A DNA stretch of 63,927 nucleotides, counting the filler, from Pseudomonadota bacterium (GTDB taxonomy: Bacteria; Desulfobacterota; Desulfobacteria; Desulfobacterales; JBDRRP01): NCBI GenBank assembly GCA_043825735.1. It is 7 parts of 7 records of this genome, joined end to end, with 100 filler letters (N's around TTAATTAATTAA, not from the genome) between each part and the next. Parts side by side here need not be neighbours in the genome. Positions count along the whole stretch, not along the records: positions 36,961 to 47,545 come from JBDRRP010000018.1; positions 47,646 to 57,419 come from JBDRRP010000021.1; 5 more parts are not named here. One strand, written 5' to 3'. A model generated the notes under the pieces. The model had not been told where the DNA came from, searched no databases, and saw nothing but the letters and a program-made list of their open reading frames with translations. Shown piece after piece: positions 39,994-52,153 of the stretch. The first letter of the stretch is position 1. Each line of letters begins with the position of its first letter. Both the position numbers and the translations under genes were made by a program.

Positions 39994-41988
39994 ATGGCGA
40001 TCAAAAAACGCAAAAAAATCACTGATTCAAGTGGTGCCGGCACAATCAGCCGGCGGGCATTTTTATACTATTCCGCCGGGACATTCGGTGCGATGACGCT
40101 GAGTCCATTTGCTTGGGGGGGTGTCGGTGCCGGCAAAGGCAGTACCCAGATACAGCGATACCCGATCAGTCCTAAAGTCACTACGACACTTCAGGAGATG
40201 ATTGCATTTCCCAAAACGCTGCCGGGTCTGACAAAGTCGCAGATTTTCGAGGTCGAACAATATGGCAAGTTCGGCTATGGCAACTGGACGGTCGGCTCGC
40301 CGCTTCCGTTGATGACGCGAACGGACATCATGCCAAAGAACTATACCAAGCCGTCGCCTGCCAAAAAAACCAAGCTCATCAACTTTTTTACTTTTTCTGA
40401 TATTCACATTACCGACAAGGAAGCGCCGAATCAGCTGATCTATTTTCAGCAGGCCGAGCGATTCGCTTACAACAACACTTCAATCTACTCGCCGGTGATG
40501 ATGCGGACCACGCATGTGTTGGATGCAGCGGTTCAGACGGTTAATGCACTGCACAAACAGAACCCGTTCGATTTCGGCATCTCGCTCGGCGATACCTGCA
40601 ACAGCACATCGTACAACGAGCTCAGGTGGTATATCGATGTCATCGACGGCAAAGTCATTACACCCAGCTCCGGCGCCCATCTCGGCGCAGACAGCATTGA
40701 TTATCAAAAACCATACCAGGCCGCCGGACTGGACAAGTCCATCCCCTGGTACCAGGCGATGGGCAACCACGATCATTTTTATCTCGGATCGTTTCCCGTG
40801 GATGCGAATCCGGCGCTGGGTATTCGTCAGTCGTACATTTCCGATTCTGTCTGGTCCATTGCCAACATTCTTGTCCCCAACCTGCGGGCATTTCCCGCAT
40901 TGTTCAACTTTGAAGAAATGACTGCCAAGCCGCGGTTCTACACGGGCGTGATCGATGGTTCGACCTCATACGGAAAAATCAATTACGCCGGGCCGGCCAC
41001 CGATCCCGCTTTTGCTGCCGGCGCGCCAAAAGTCGCCGCCGATCCGGATCGCCGCTCGCTGGTGAGGACAGCGTGGATACAAGCGTTTTTCAAGACGACC
41101 ACCACACCGGTCGGCCACGGCTTCAATCTGGTCGCCAAAAACAGTCCGCCCGGTTTCACCTGTTACAGCTTCGTTCCCAACCCGAAGATACCGCTCAAGG
41201 TGATCGTGCTGGACGATACACAAAGGGAAGACGACGGCTCGACCGATATCCATGGCCATGGCTATCTGGACGCGCAGCGCTGGACGTGGCTGCAGGCCGA
41301 ACTGGCCAAGGGCCAGGCCGAGAACCAGTTGATGATTATCGCCGCCCATGCCCCCATTGGTGTTGCGCCCATCGGCTCGGAATTGGAATGGTGGGGCGAG
41401 ACGGCTAATATCGCACCCCAACACCAGAACGCCGTGAGCCTTGCAGACCTGGTCAAGACGCTGCAGAGCACGCCGAATCTGCTCATGTGGGTTGCCGGAC
41501 ATCGGCATCTGAATACCGTGAAGGCCTTTCCCTCGCTGGATCCCGACAAGCCGGAGCAGGGCTTCTGGCAGGTGGAAACCTCATCGCTGAGGGATTTTCC
41601 CCAACAGTTTCGGACTTTCGAGATCTATCTGAATAGCGACTACACCGTTTCGATTGTCACGGTTAACGTTGATCCGGCGGTCGCGGAGGGAACGCCGGCC
41701 GCCACATCGCGCAAGCACGCCATTGCGGTGCAGCAGATCGTCCAGAACGACTTGAATCAGAATTATCCGAACAATTTGACGGCCGGCGGTACCGGCAAGC
41801 TCCCTGTGTCGAGCATGGATCCCACCCGGCCACAGAGCGACGCGCCCGACACCAACGATCCGACGATCAAGACTGTGGATTTGAGCAATGCTGCCGTTCC
41901 CGTACCGTACCACGGTTCGTACAACGCATATCTGTTCAAGCAGTTGAGTCCACAAATGATCAGCGTGCTGAAAAAAAGCAATTGGTGA
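39994..41988 (+). CDS. Tat-exported metallophosphoesterase (TIGR03768-like)
   Basis: SRRAFL twin-arginine signal; SDIH, LGD, GNHD and AGHRH motifs. Confidence 0.85.
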   Translation: MAIKKRKKITDSSGAGTISRRAFLYYSAGTFGAMTLSPFAWGGVGAGKGSTQIQRYPISPKVTTTLQEMIAFPKTLPGLTKSQIFEVEQYGKFGYGNWTVGSPLPLMTRTDIMPKNYTKPSPAKKTKLINFFTFSDIHITDKEAPNQLIYFQQAERFAYNNTSIYSPVMMRTTHVLDAAVQTVNALHKQNPFDFGISLGDTCNSTSYNELRWYIDVIDGKVITPSSGAHLGADSIDYQKPYQAAGLDKSIPWYQAMGNHDHFYLGSFPVDANPALGIRQSYISDSVWSIANILVPNLRAFPALFNFEEMTAKPRFYTGVIDGSTSYGKINYAGPATDPAFAAGAPKVAADPDRRSLVRTAWIQAFFKTTTTPVGHGFNLVAKNSPPGFTCYSFVPNPKIPLKVIVLDDTQREDDGSTDIHGHGYLDAQRWTWLQAELAKGQAENQLMIIAAHAPIGVAPIGSELEWWGETANIAPQHQNAVSLADLVKTLQSTPNLLMWVAGHRHLNTVKAFPSLDPDKPEQGFWQVETSSLRDFPQQFRTFEIYLNSDYTVSIVTVNVDPAVAEGTPAATSRKHAIAVQQIVQNDLNQNYPNNLTAGGTGKLPVSSMDPTRPQSDAPDTNDPTIKTVDLSNAAVPVPYHGSYNAYLFKQLSPQMISVLKKSNW

Positions 41989-42081
41989 TCCTCCAGCATA
42001 AATGCGTTAGGTTATGACTATCAAGACAACCCATAAAGTATATAAACCAGACGTGGCCGATCTCCCCTCCGCGTTTAAAGA

Positions 42082-44112
42082 TTATTGCGTCCTAAGCGCT
42101 TCTAATAATTCCTTTACTTGGTCAACATGAGGAGAACAAAGGGCATCAAATATTTCCAACGACTTCTTGAACATAGCTTCGGCACGCTCAAGATCGCCGC
42201 GGGTCTTGTATAGGATTCCAAGGTTGCAAAAATCACTTGCAATGCCCTCTTTGCGGCCGAGCGCTTCCTCGATAGACAGCGATTTTTCGAACATGGCTTC
42301 GGCACGCTCAAGATCGCCTTGGATCGTGTACAGGTTTCCAAGATTGCCATAGGCCGTCGCCATACCCTCTTTGCAACCGAGCGCCTCATCGATGGCCAGC
42401 GCCTTCTCATACATGGCTTCGGCTTTCTCAAGATCGCCTCGGCTCTTGTACAGGATTCCAAGGTTGCCGAAGTCACTTGCCATGCCCTCTTTGCGGCCGA
42501 GCGCCGCCTCAATGGCCAGCGACTTTTAGAACATGGCCTCGGCGCGATCAAGATCGCCTCTGGCCTGATACAAGATTCCAAGGTTGCAAAAGTCACTTGC
42601 CATGCCCTCTTTGCAGCCGAGCGCTTCATCAATGGCCAGCGACTTTTCGAACATGGCTTCGGCACGCGCAAGATCGCCCCGGGTCTTGAACAGTTTCCCA
42701 AGGTTGCCGTAAGCAGTTGCCATACCCTCTTTGTGGCCGAGCACTTCCTCAATGGCCAGCGACTTTTCGAACATGGCTTCGGCACGCGCAAGATCGCCTC
42801 GGGTCTTGTACAGGATTCCAAGGTTGCCGAAATCACTGGCCATGCCCTCTTTGTGGCCGAGCGTTTCATCGATGGCCAGCGACTTTTCGAACATGGCTTC
42901 GGCACGCGCAAGATCGCCCAGAGTCTTATACAGGTTGCCAAGGTTGCCGAAGTCTCTCGCCATGCCCTCTTTGTGGCCGAGCGCTTCATCGATGGCCAGC
43001 GACTTTTCGAACATGGCTTCGGCACGCACAAGATCGCCTCTGGTCTTGTAAAGTTTTCCAAGGTTGCCGTAGGCAGTTGCCATACCCTCTTTGTGGCCGA
43101 GCGCTTCATCGATGGCCAGCGACTTTCCAAACATGGCTTCGGCACGCTCGAGATCGCCTTGGGTTTTATATAGGTTCCCAAGTTTGCCGTAAGCAGTCGC
43201 AGTATCAGGTGATTTTGTATCTGCACCACTGAGCTCAATCCATCGTTCCAAGGCACCTAAGGCAGAAACGAAATCGCCCGTTCTATAGAAGAACTCGTAT
43301 GATAAAAAAAGGACTCGGATATTTACAGTGTCTGAAAAAAGTCTTACGAATTTACCCCGCGCTTTCTCCAAAAAGCCTTGCCCTGCTAGATCTGCAGCCT
43401 CCTCAGCAGCTTCAAGTTGTAGCCCTTCAATTTTCAATAATGCGGTTTCAGCTTTTCTATTTGCTTCTTCAGCCAACTTTGCTTGCCGCTTGGCTTCTTC
43501 TTTCGCCTTATTAACTTCATTGATTGCCATAATTGGCAATATAACGATATCGCATGTTGTATTGACCTCACTGAGTTCGCCTTTGACAAACGCGCGAAGA
43601 TGGGAGTCCACTTCCTTTAGGAATGACTTCTCCCCGTTATCGAAATAGCGGTATAGAACATGTCTTGTTTCTTCTAAATGTTTCCTAAATTCCAATACTT
43701 TTTGAAGTTGTGGTCCGGCATCTGCCTCCTGTGCGGCATCCACGCGTTTAAAAAAGACGAAAATTTCCGGTCTTTTCGTTTCTCGCCACCGTTCCAATGC
43801 ACGGTGGAATTCTTCTTCGGTGTATGATGAATATGGCTTTGCATCTGGCGATGCTTGCCCCCACCGTCGGTGCATCACAAGAAAAAAAACATCGCACCTA
43901 TCTATTTCTGCATTAATCACAGATTGATTACGGCGCCCAGTCGTGGCCAGGGTGTCTTCCCATCCCATTGCCTCAAATTCAACATTAGCACCATCTGCGA
44001 ACCCAACATTAAGTTGTCGTATGGCATCTCGAAATTGTTGACGCTCGGCGGTTAGGTCCCCTGGGGATGCGATAAAAACAGCGATCTTTCTTTTATTGTC
44101 ATCTTTACCCAT
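42082..44112 (-). pseudogene. DUF4062 + coiled coil + nine TPR repeats, split by one TAA
   Basis: VFIASPGDL..ER and YTEEEF (DUF4062). ORFs 42526-44124 and 42082-42483 share a frame; GAA appears as TAA at 42526-42528. Confidence 0.85.
42160..43200 (-). repeat. Nine tandem 120-bp (40-aa) TPR-coding repeats
   Basis: AAGATCGCC (or GAGATCGCC) recurs every 120 bp from about 42190 to 43150. Confidence 0.95.
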
Positions 44113-44178
44113 AATGAACCCCATTAAATTTCGTCTTCACTTTGGCAATCGGCCATCGAGCGGAACTCCGATTCAACG

Positions 44179-45198
44179 TCACGGAAATCGCACTTGTTCA
44201 AATGGCGCATCCTCCCATTGCTGCACATCGGTTGACAACTCACTGTATCGCCCGGGGGGAAGCAGAAGAAGCCCTCTGGCGTCCTGACTCGGCCTTTCCA
44301 AAGCGCTCAGAAATCTTGAATTGACGTCGAGGAATTGTCGCAAACCCGCACAACAGCCATCTCTTGATTGGAAACTCACGGAAATGGTTGGCTGCCGGTA
44401 TGGCTGCTGCGGACGCACAATCCCCTGCTGGCCCTGAAAATTCAAACGGACCGTCGTGACGGCCACTTGAGCCACCTTGGCATTGTCCAAATAAAACCCC
44501 GGCCGATGACGTTGGATGTCGGGTCGTCGCGGCCCTGGTGAAAACCCGGACCGCCCTGTCGTGCGCGGCCAGCCTCTTGCCAGCCGGACTTTGTCCTCGC
44601 TGACGATACCCGTATAAGGGTTGGCATCACCTTCTATGCCCCAGGTGCCAGTCAGAGTCCCCGGATAGGGTCCGGTACCATCCGGGCCCGGCATGAAAAT
44701 GGCCTGACCTTCAAAACCATCCGGTATCACCACCTCGTTAAATCCATGAGCCAAATTGTGAGTCTCGAGTATTCGGCGGGATCGCTTGATGCGCACTTTG
44801 GCCAATACAGCGACACTGCAGGAATCATCCTCGCGCGTGATCTCTTTATCGTGGGGTTCTTCGGGCGGTTCACGCACAATGGTGCCCTCACCGGGCTGGG
44901 GTGGCGGCGGTTGTCCCGGTGCTTGCTGGCATACAATTGTAACCCCGCCCAAGCCATCGGGCAGTGTTTGGCAGATCCGGTCACCCGGGCAGTAGTACTG
45001 ACCGGGTTCGCCTTCTTCACAGGCGGCTTTCCCGAAAACGACGCCACCGGTCTCCATATCGGTGCTTTGGCAAGGCGCTTGAACTGAATCGACGAGTACT
45101 GGCTCAAGTTCCATCTCACTCCCGGACCGTTCGATAACTGTGCAGCCGACCAGCGATAAAACTGCCACGATGGATGCAAGCAAACAGATTCGACTCAT
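44179..45198 (-). CDS. Hypothetical Cys-rich lipoprotein
   Basis: Lipobox LVGC, RBS, Cys cluster then Pro-rich linker; no recognised family. Confidence 0.6.
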   Translation of the reverse strand: MSRICLLASIVAVLSLVGCTVIERSGSEMELEPVLVDSVQAPCQSTDMETGGVVFGKAACEEGEPGQYYCPGDRICQTLPDGLGGVTIVCQQAPGQPPPPQPGEGTIVREPPEEPHDKEITREDDSCSVAVLAKVRIKRSRRILETHNLAHGFNEVVIPDGFEGQAIFMPGPDGTGPYPGTLTGTWGIEGDANPYTGIVSEDKVRLARGWPRTTGRSGFSPGPRRPDIQRHRPGFYLDNAKVAQVAVTTVRLNFQGQQGIVRPQQPYRQPTISVSFQSRDGCCAGLRQFLDVNSRFLSALERPSQDARGLLLLPPGRYSELSTDVQQWEDAPFEQVRFP

Positions 45199-45668
45199 CC
45201 CTTCCTACCTTGGTGCGAATAACCGGGACACTGTATGTGACATGACGATTTTTGGCGTGGCGGAAAATGGCAACGCTTATGTCGGACTCGGCAGCAATGA
45301 CCGCCCTGCATTAGCCTGTGGGAAGATCGGCAGCGCTTCCGGTCACAAAACAGTTGCTATCGTTGCTTGGGGAGGCGTTCAGTTCCGGAGTGGCGATCGA
45401 AGCTGGAGTAGCAAATAGTAACCGGTTCGAAAGACTGGCGCGCAGATCGCTTGGCAAATTGTGTTCTCAGTCAAATAGAATCACCAACTCTGTGCATCAG
45501 CTTTCCGCAAGTGCATGTTCTTAATTTTTGATAATTTTGTCAAGACCGTGATCGGGCGCCGGGCTTCAACCCACCGGGATTTGCTTGGATTTAAAGGGGA
45601 CGCGTGGTAATGATCCAGCATCGGAGTGCCGCCACTTTCCATGATGGCAATCATTTCCGGGGAGATGA

Positions 45669-46899
<1,231 letters not shown>

Positions 46900-46967
46900 G
46901 CAACGCGTCTTCAAAGACCTCACCCCGTGGTTTCGGCAATGGGAATGATCGCGGCCGAGCGCTAAAC

Positions 46968-47001
46968 AAAAAGGGCTACAGCGTGGTGGCTGTAACCCTT
47001 T
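46968..47001. terminator. Intrinsic terminator hairpin
   Basis: AAAAAGGGCTACAGC-GTGGTG-GCTGTAACCCTTT. Confidence 0.7.
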
Positions 47002-47009
47002 GATGTCTG

Positions 47010-47054
47010 CGGCGCGCTCGGCCTAATTCGAACAGTTGACCAGCGGATTCTCAG
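47010..47054 (-). pseudogene. Decayed tRNA 3' half (tRNA-Arg-like), probable old att site
   Basis: GGCGCGCTCGGCCTAATTCGAACAGTTGACCAGCGGATTC aligns without gaps to a typical reverse-complemented tRNA-Arg 3' half. Confidence 0.5.
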
Positions 47055-47219
47055 GCACACGAAACAAAGGGGCGAAACAGTCAAACCGGCATCCACGACC
47101 ACTTTCTCTTAAACCGCACTTTTTACCCCCAAAAACGCCATTTTAAGCGCGGGAAAGGCCGCTTTTCGAACCTAACAAACTGATAATACAGCTTTATGCT
47201 TGGCCCGACCCCGGCTCCC

Positions 47220-47545
47220 GGACTGTCCGCTTCTCATCTGGTGAATCACTTGACGATACTGGTGCATCTCGAATCTCCTGTTGGCCATGGCAGTTCCTCT
47301 CGGCGGTTTGAGTTGCCGAGAGTCTACCTGATTGCAGGTTTGGATCCGAGAAGTGTTTTACGAGCGATTTCATCCCTGGCCAGCGTCCACAAAGTGGCTC
47401 GATTACGGCGATCACAAGGTGGCCTCATTACGGCGATCACAGGGTGGCTCGATTGCGCCGATCACAGGGTGGCCTCATTGCGGCGATCACAGGGTGGCTC
47501 GTTTACGGCGATCACGGAATGGCACTATAGCGGCGATCACTAACA
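47220..47545 (-). mobile_element. istA: IS21-family left end with six 25-bp subterminal repeats and a truncated istA
   Basis: Terminus TGTTAGTGATCGCCG; repeats at 47394-47540; ATG at 47288 reads MANRRFEMHQYRQVIHQMRSGQS, then similarity stops. Confidence 0.8.
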
Positions 47546-47645
47546 NNNNNNNNNNNNNNNNNNNNNNNNNNNNNNNNNNNNNNNNNNNNTTAATTAATTA
47601 ANNNNNNNNNNNNNNNNNNNNNNNNNNNNNNNNNNNNNNNNNNNN

Positions 47646-48871
47646 AGAGGTTGTGAGCATTTTCAAGGAAATCCAGCAGCAGCCGGAGAATATTTTTGAG
47701 ATGATCCGCGTAGAGATCAAAGAGAGCGTTGGTCAATACCTGTCCAAACTGATGGATTTGGAGCGTACCGAATTTCTTGGGCGGCAATGGTATGAGCATG
47801 CTCAGGGAGATGTGAATCATCGCAATGGTTCCTATTCTCGCAGTTTCACATTAAAAGGTATCGGAGCTGTCAAGGTTGAGGTGCCACGGGATCGCAAGGG
47901 CGAATTTGAGACCCGGGGCATTCCCCGAAGCAAACAATATGAAGTTGAGCTTCGGCAGGATTTGAGTTTGATGTTTTTAACCGATGTGAGCACCCGAACC
48001 CTTTCGATGATTTCCGAGCGGCTGATCGGGCGCAAAGTATCTCCAACGGAGGTTAGTAACGCCAATAAGGAGTTGATAGAGGCCGTAGAGAAATAGAGAA
48101 CCCGTGATCTGTCCGGGGAACCCATCAAGTATATCTTTCTGGACGGTGTAAATTTTGACATGCGTATCGATAGGAGCATCGAGAAGGTACCCGTACTGGT
48201 AGCCATTGGAGTTGCAAAAACAGGTCGAAAGCGGGTGTTGGGGTTCCAGGCCGGGGATAAGGAGTCAGCTCCTACCTGGCGAGAGTTTTTCAAAGATTTA
48301 AAAAATAGAGGTTTGGACGGACGCGATATGGTTTTGGGGGCAATGGATGGATTGCCGGGTCTGGAGAAGGTATTTAAAGAAGAGTTTCCGAAAGCCAAAG
48401 TCCAGAGGTGCCAGATCCATGTGTCCCGAAATGTTCTGGCCAAGGTGCCCAGGAAGCTGAAAAAAGCCGTGGCTGATGATATGCGGTCCATCTTCTACGC
48501 CTCATCAAAATCGAAAGCAATGGAGTTCTTTGAAATCTTCAAGACGAAATGGCAGAAGGATCTTCCATCTGCCGTCAAATGTCTGGAAAACTCTATAGAA
48601 GCATGTCTGACGTTTTTTATCTGTCCGGAGGAAGAGTGGATTTCTTTAAGGACCACGAACATTATTGAACGCCTTAACAAGGAATTTAAACGCAGAACAA
48701 AGCCGATGGAGATCGTAGCCGGTGAAAACGCGTGCTATACCCTCCTGGCATTTATCTGCCTTAAAATGGAGTTACACTGGAAATCAAACCCTATCGGAAA
48801 AGTGCGTAAGAATCTGCCATTCTTCAAAAAACTGGCTGATAAAAATTTTACACAAAAAACTTGGCAGTACC
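47646..48871 (+). mobile_element. IS256-family element with an interrupted transposase
   Basis: RNGSY, VPRDR.GEF, FLDG, MDGLPG, QRCQIH, LRTTNIIERLNKE; in-frame TAG at 48094-48096; right end TTTACACAAAAAACTTGGCAGTACC. Confidence 0.9.
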
Positions 48872-48974
48872 CTGTAACTATTGTATTAAGAGTTACGCGG
48901 GTTTTTCCGACTCGCACGACGCCATCAGAATCTACTGAAAAGGGGACCGCTTCTTTTTCAATGGCAAGGGTCAT
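48872..48974 (-). pseudogene. DUF433-family gene 5' fragment disrupted by IS256
   Basis: MTLAIEKEAVPFSVDSDGVVRVGKTRVTLNTIV with GGAGG RBS; ends at the IS terminus. Confidence 0.75.
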
Positions 48975-49236
48975 AAGATTTCCCTCCGTTGCTATTAAAT
49001 CCTCAGATTTTCAATATTGAATAACATAGGGTGGCCAGAACTTCAAATATTTTAATTGATTGGAAGGCAGGAAGGGATTTGTCTTTCAAGAAATAGGAAA
49101 ATTTTACGAGACGAATGCAACCATTAGACCCTTTTTCAAACTCCTCTTCGGCTTGCGTACATCTTGCCATCTCCGGTAACTATCAATAACCACTAAATAA
49201 TTACCGTTATCTTTCCTGATAAAAGAGAATTTTGTC

Positions 49237-50445
49237 TTATGGCGCATTACCCGTAAGAACCGGTTCGATTCGCTCCAGAGCCCAATCGATATCTTCTTTG
49301 GAGATGATCAGGGGTGGTGCAAAGCGGATGACATGATCGTGGGTCTCTTTGCACAGGATTCCTGCTTTGATAAGTTGTTCACAAAAGCGGCGGGCCCCAC
49401 CAACTTCAGGAAAAAGTTCGACGCCGATCAAGAGCCCCTTGCCCCGCACTTCTTTGATGTGGGGGCTTTTGATGGCTTGGAGACGAGACTGAAAATAGGC
49501 GCCTACTTTGGCGGCGTTTTCGATCATATTTTCTTCAATCAGGACCTTGAGGGCTGTGCGGGCGACGGCACAGGCCAGAGGATTTCCGCCGAAGGTGCTG
49601 CCGTGATCACCGGGCATAAAGACGCCCAGAACCTCCGAATTCGACAAAACAGCAGAGATGGGGTAGAAGCCGCCGGAAAGCGCTTTACCGATCAGGGTCA
49701 CGTCGGACTCAACACCGTCGTGTTCTTCGGCGAGCAGTTTGCCGGTCCGGCCCAGTCCGGTCTGAATCTCGTCAAAAATGGCAACGATGTTGTGTTTTTT
49801 ACAAATAGATTTGACCTGTCTCAAATACCCCGGCGGCGGTACAATGATTCCGCCCTCACCCTGGATCGGCTCAACCAGAAAGGCTACCGTATTCGGGGTG
49901 ATGGCGTTTTCCAGAGCCCCGGCATCTCCGAAAGGGATGATCTTGAATCCGGGGGCAAAAGGTCCGAAGCCTTCCCGATACTGCTCGTTGGTGCTGAAAC
50001 CGATAATCGCGATGGTGCGGCCGTGAAAGTTGTTTTCACAAACGATCACTTCGGCCTGATCCGGCGGAACCCCCTTGACCTTATAACCCCACTTGCGAAC
50101 GGCCTTTATCACGGTTTCCACGGCTTCGGCGCCGCTGTTCATGGGCAGAACCTTGTGGGTGTTGGTCAGCTCACAGATTTCTTTATAAAACAATCCCAAC
50201 TGGTCATTGCGGAAGGCTCGGGAAGTGAGCGTCAGTTTCTGGAGCTGCTCGATCATGGTTTGCCTGATTTTGGGGTGAGCGTGTCCCTGGTTAACTGCCG
50301 AATAGGCGGAAAGACAGTCCAGGTACTTTTTGCCCTCGACATCCCAGACCCAGATGCCTTCCCCGCGTTCAAGAACCACATTCATCGGCTGATAATTATG
50401 AGCCCCAAATTGTTCTTCAAGGTCGATAAAATATTTAGCATCCAT
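49237..50445 (-). CDS. rocD: Ornithine--oxo-acid aminotransferase
   Basis: [45 protein letters not shown]. Confidence 0.95.
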   Translation of the reverse strand: MDAKYFIDLEEQFGAHNYQPMNVVLERGEGIWVWDVEGKKYLDCLSAYSAVNQGHAHPKIRQTMIEQLQKLTLTSRAFRNDQLGLFYKEICELTNTHKVLPMNSGAEAVETVIKAVRKWGYKVKGVPPDQAEVIVCENNFHGRTIAIIGFSTNEQYREGFGPFAPGFKIIPFGDAGALENAITPNTVAFLVEPIQGEGGIIVPPPGYLRQVKSICKKHNIVAIFDEIQTGLGRTGKLLAEEHDGVESDVTLIGKALSGGFYPISAVLSNSEVLGVFMPGDHGSTFGGNPLACAVARTALKVLIEENMIENAAKVGAYFQSRLQAIKSPHIKEVRGKGLLIGVELFPEVGGARRFCEQLIKAGILCKETHDHVIRFAPPLIISKEDIDWALERIEPVLTGNAP

Positions 50446-50618
50446 GAATTCTCCGTATTCGAATAACGTAAAGATTCTCATCAATTTTTATGCAAGATTC
50501 AGGTATTAAAATACCACAAAATTCATCATTCAGGTAATTTTTTTGTAACTTCACGATAAGTTCCAAAAATAAAACAGCTTGTGTCGATTCTAAAATAATT
50601 GGCCTTGGCAAAGGCGGG

Positions 50619-52083
50619 TTAGGGAATCTGCGGCAGGTCGCAGCACCCCTTGGTGGGCAGGTTCGATGTGCCCATTAGATAGATATCCACGGCCCGGGCC
50701 GCTTCACGGCCCTCGGAGATGGCCCAGACAATCAACGACTGGCCGCGGCGGGCATCGCCGCAGGCAAAGATGCCGGGTTTGGACGCGGCATAGTCGGCGT
50801 CGGTTTTGATGTTGCCGTGTTCGTTCAGCTCCAGGCCGAACTGGTCGATGATCGTGTGGGTTTCAGGGCCCGCAAAACCCAGGGCCAAAAGCACCAGGTC
50901 AACCGGCCAGCGCCGCTCGCTGCCCGGTACTTCCTGCATGTGTGCCGCCCCATCTTTGCGGTCAAATGTAACGTCGACGGTAACCAGGCCGTTGATTTTG
51001 CCCTTGCTTCCCTCGAAGGCCTTGGTGAGTAGACTCCAGTAGCGTCGGCCCCCTTCTTCATGGGAGCTGCTGGTTCGCAGCCGCATTGGCCAGAAGGGCC
51101 AGGGCTGTTCTTCGGTCCGGTCAGCGGACGGCCTGGGCAGCAGTTCAAAATTGACGACCGATCGGGCTCCCTGGCGATGGCAGGTGCCGATGCAGTCGTT
51201 GCCGGTGTCCCCGCCCGCCGATCACGACAACGTGCTTGCCGGCGGCTGTAATCGGCAGCTGATCTTGCAGGTCATTGCCGGCCGTACGCCGGTTCTGCAA
51301 GGTCAAAAAATCCATGGCAAAATGGATGCCGGCCAAATCCCTACCGGGTATGGGCAGGTCCCTGGGGCGAGTGGCACCCAGACAAAGCACGGTGGCGTCA
51401 AAAACGTTAAAATCGCCGACTGTCAGATCGATACCCGCATGCACGCCGGATTTAAACCGGATCCCTTCGGCGCTCAACAGGTCCAGCCGGCGGTCGAGCA
51501 CCCATTTTTCCAATTTGAATTCCGGTATGCCGTAGCGCAGCAGGCCGCCGATGCGGTCGTCGCGCTCAAAGACGGTTACGGTATGCCCGGCCCGATTGAG
51601 CTGTTGGGCGCAAGCCAGCCCTGCAGGCCCGGAGCCGATAACGGCCACGGTTTTATTGGTGCGGCGTTTGGGCGGTTCCGGCCGGACCCAGTCCTGTTGA
51701 AAGGCGTGTTCAATGATCTCTTTTTCGATCTGTTCGATGGTTACCGGCGGTTCGTTGATCGCCAGCACGCAGGCTTCTTCGCACGGGGCCGGGCACAAGC
51801 GTCCGGTAAATTCCGGAAAGTTATTGGTCTGGTGCAGACGATGGGCGGCTTCCTGCCACCGGCCGCGATAGACCAGATCGTTCCAGTCCGGGATCTGGTT
51901 GGCCAACGGGCAGCCGGAATGACAGGTGGGCACGCCGCAGTCCATGCAGCGGGCGGTCTGTTGTTTGATATTTTCTTCCGGAAAGGGAAGATAGATTTCC
52001 TTAAAATCGCCAATGCGTTCTTTAACAGGGCGCTTTAATGGTAATTCACGCTCGAACTCCTTAAATCCGGTCGGTTTGCCCAT
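50619..52083 (-). pseudogene. gltD: Glutamate synthase small subunit with a +1 frameshift at 51214-51216
   Basis: MGKPTGF..RCMDCG; removing one base restores VIGGGDTGNDC in frame through RRGQSLIVWAISEGR. Confidence 0.9.
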
Positions 52084-52153
52084 GAAATTTTCACCCCCTA
52101 TCCCGAATATTTCATGAAAATTTTTAAGAAGGTTTTATTATTAAAAATCCGGG

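Noticed and set aside
41990..42080. GTTAGGT as an integron attC end
   Set aside because: No matching RYYYAAC box or L-box stem was found, and no integrase is nearby.
47394..47545. 25-bp repeats as a CRISPR array or iterons
   Set aside because: No spacers; they end in a TG..CA-type terminus and precede an istA start, as expected for IS21 ends.
48094..48096. TAG read-through (pyrrolysine) or an alternative genetic code
   Set aside because: It sits at a probable Trp codon in a decaying IS, and other genes here end normally in TAG, TAA and TGA.
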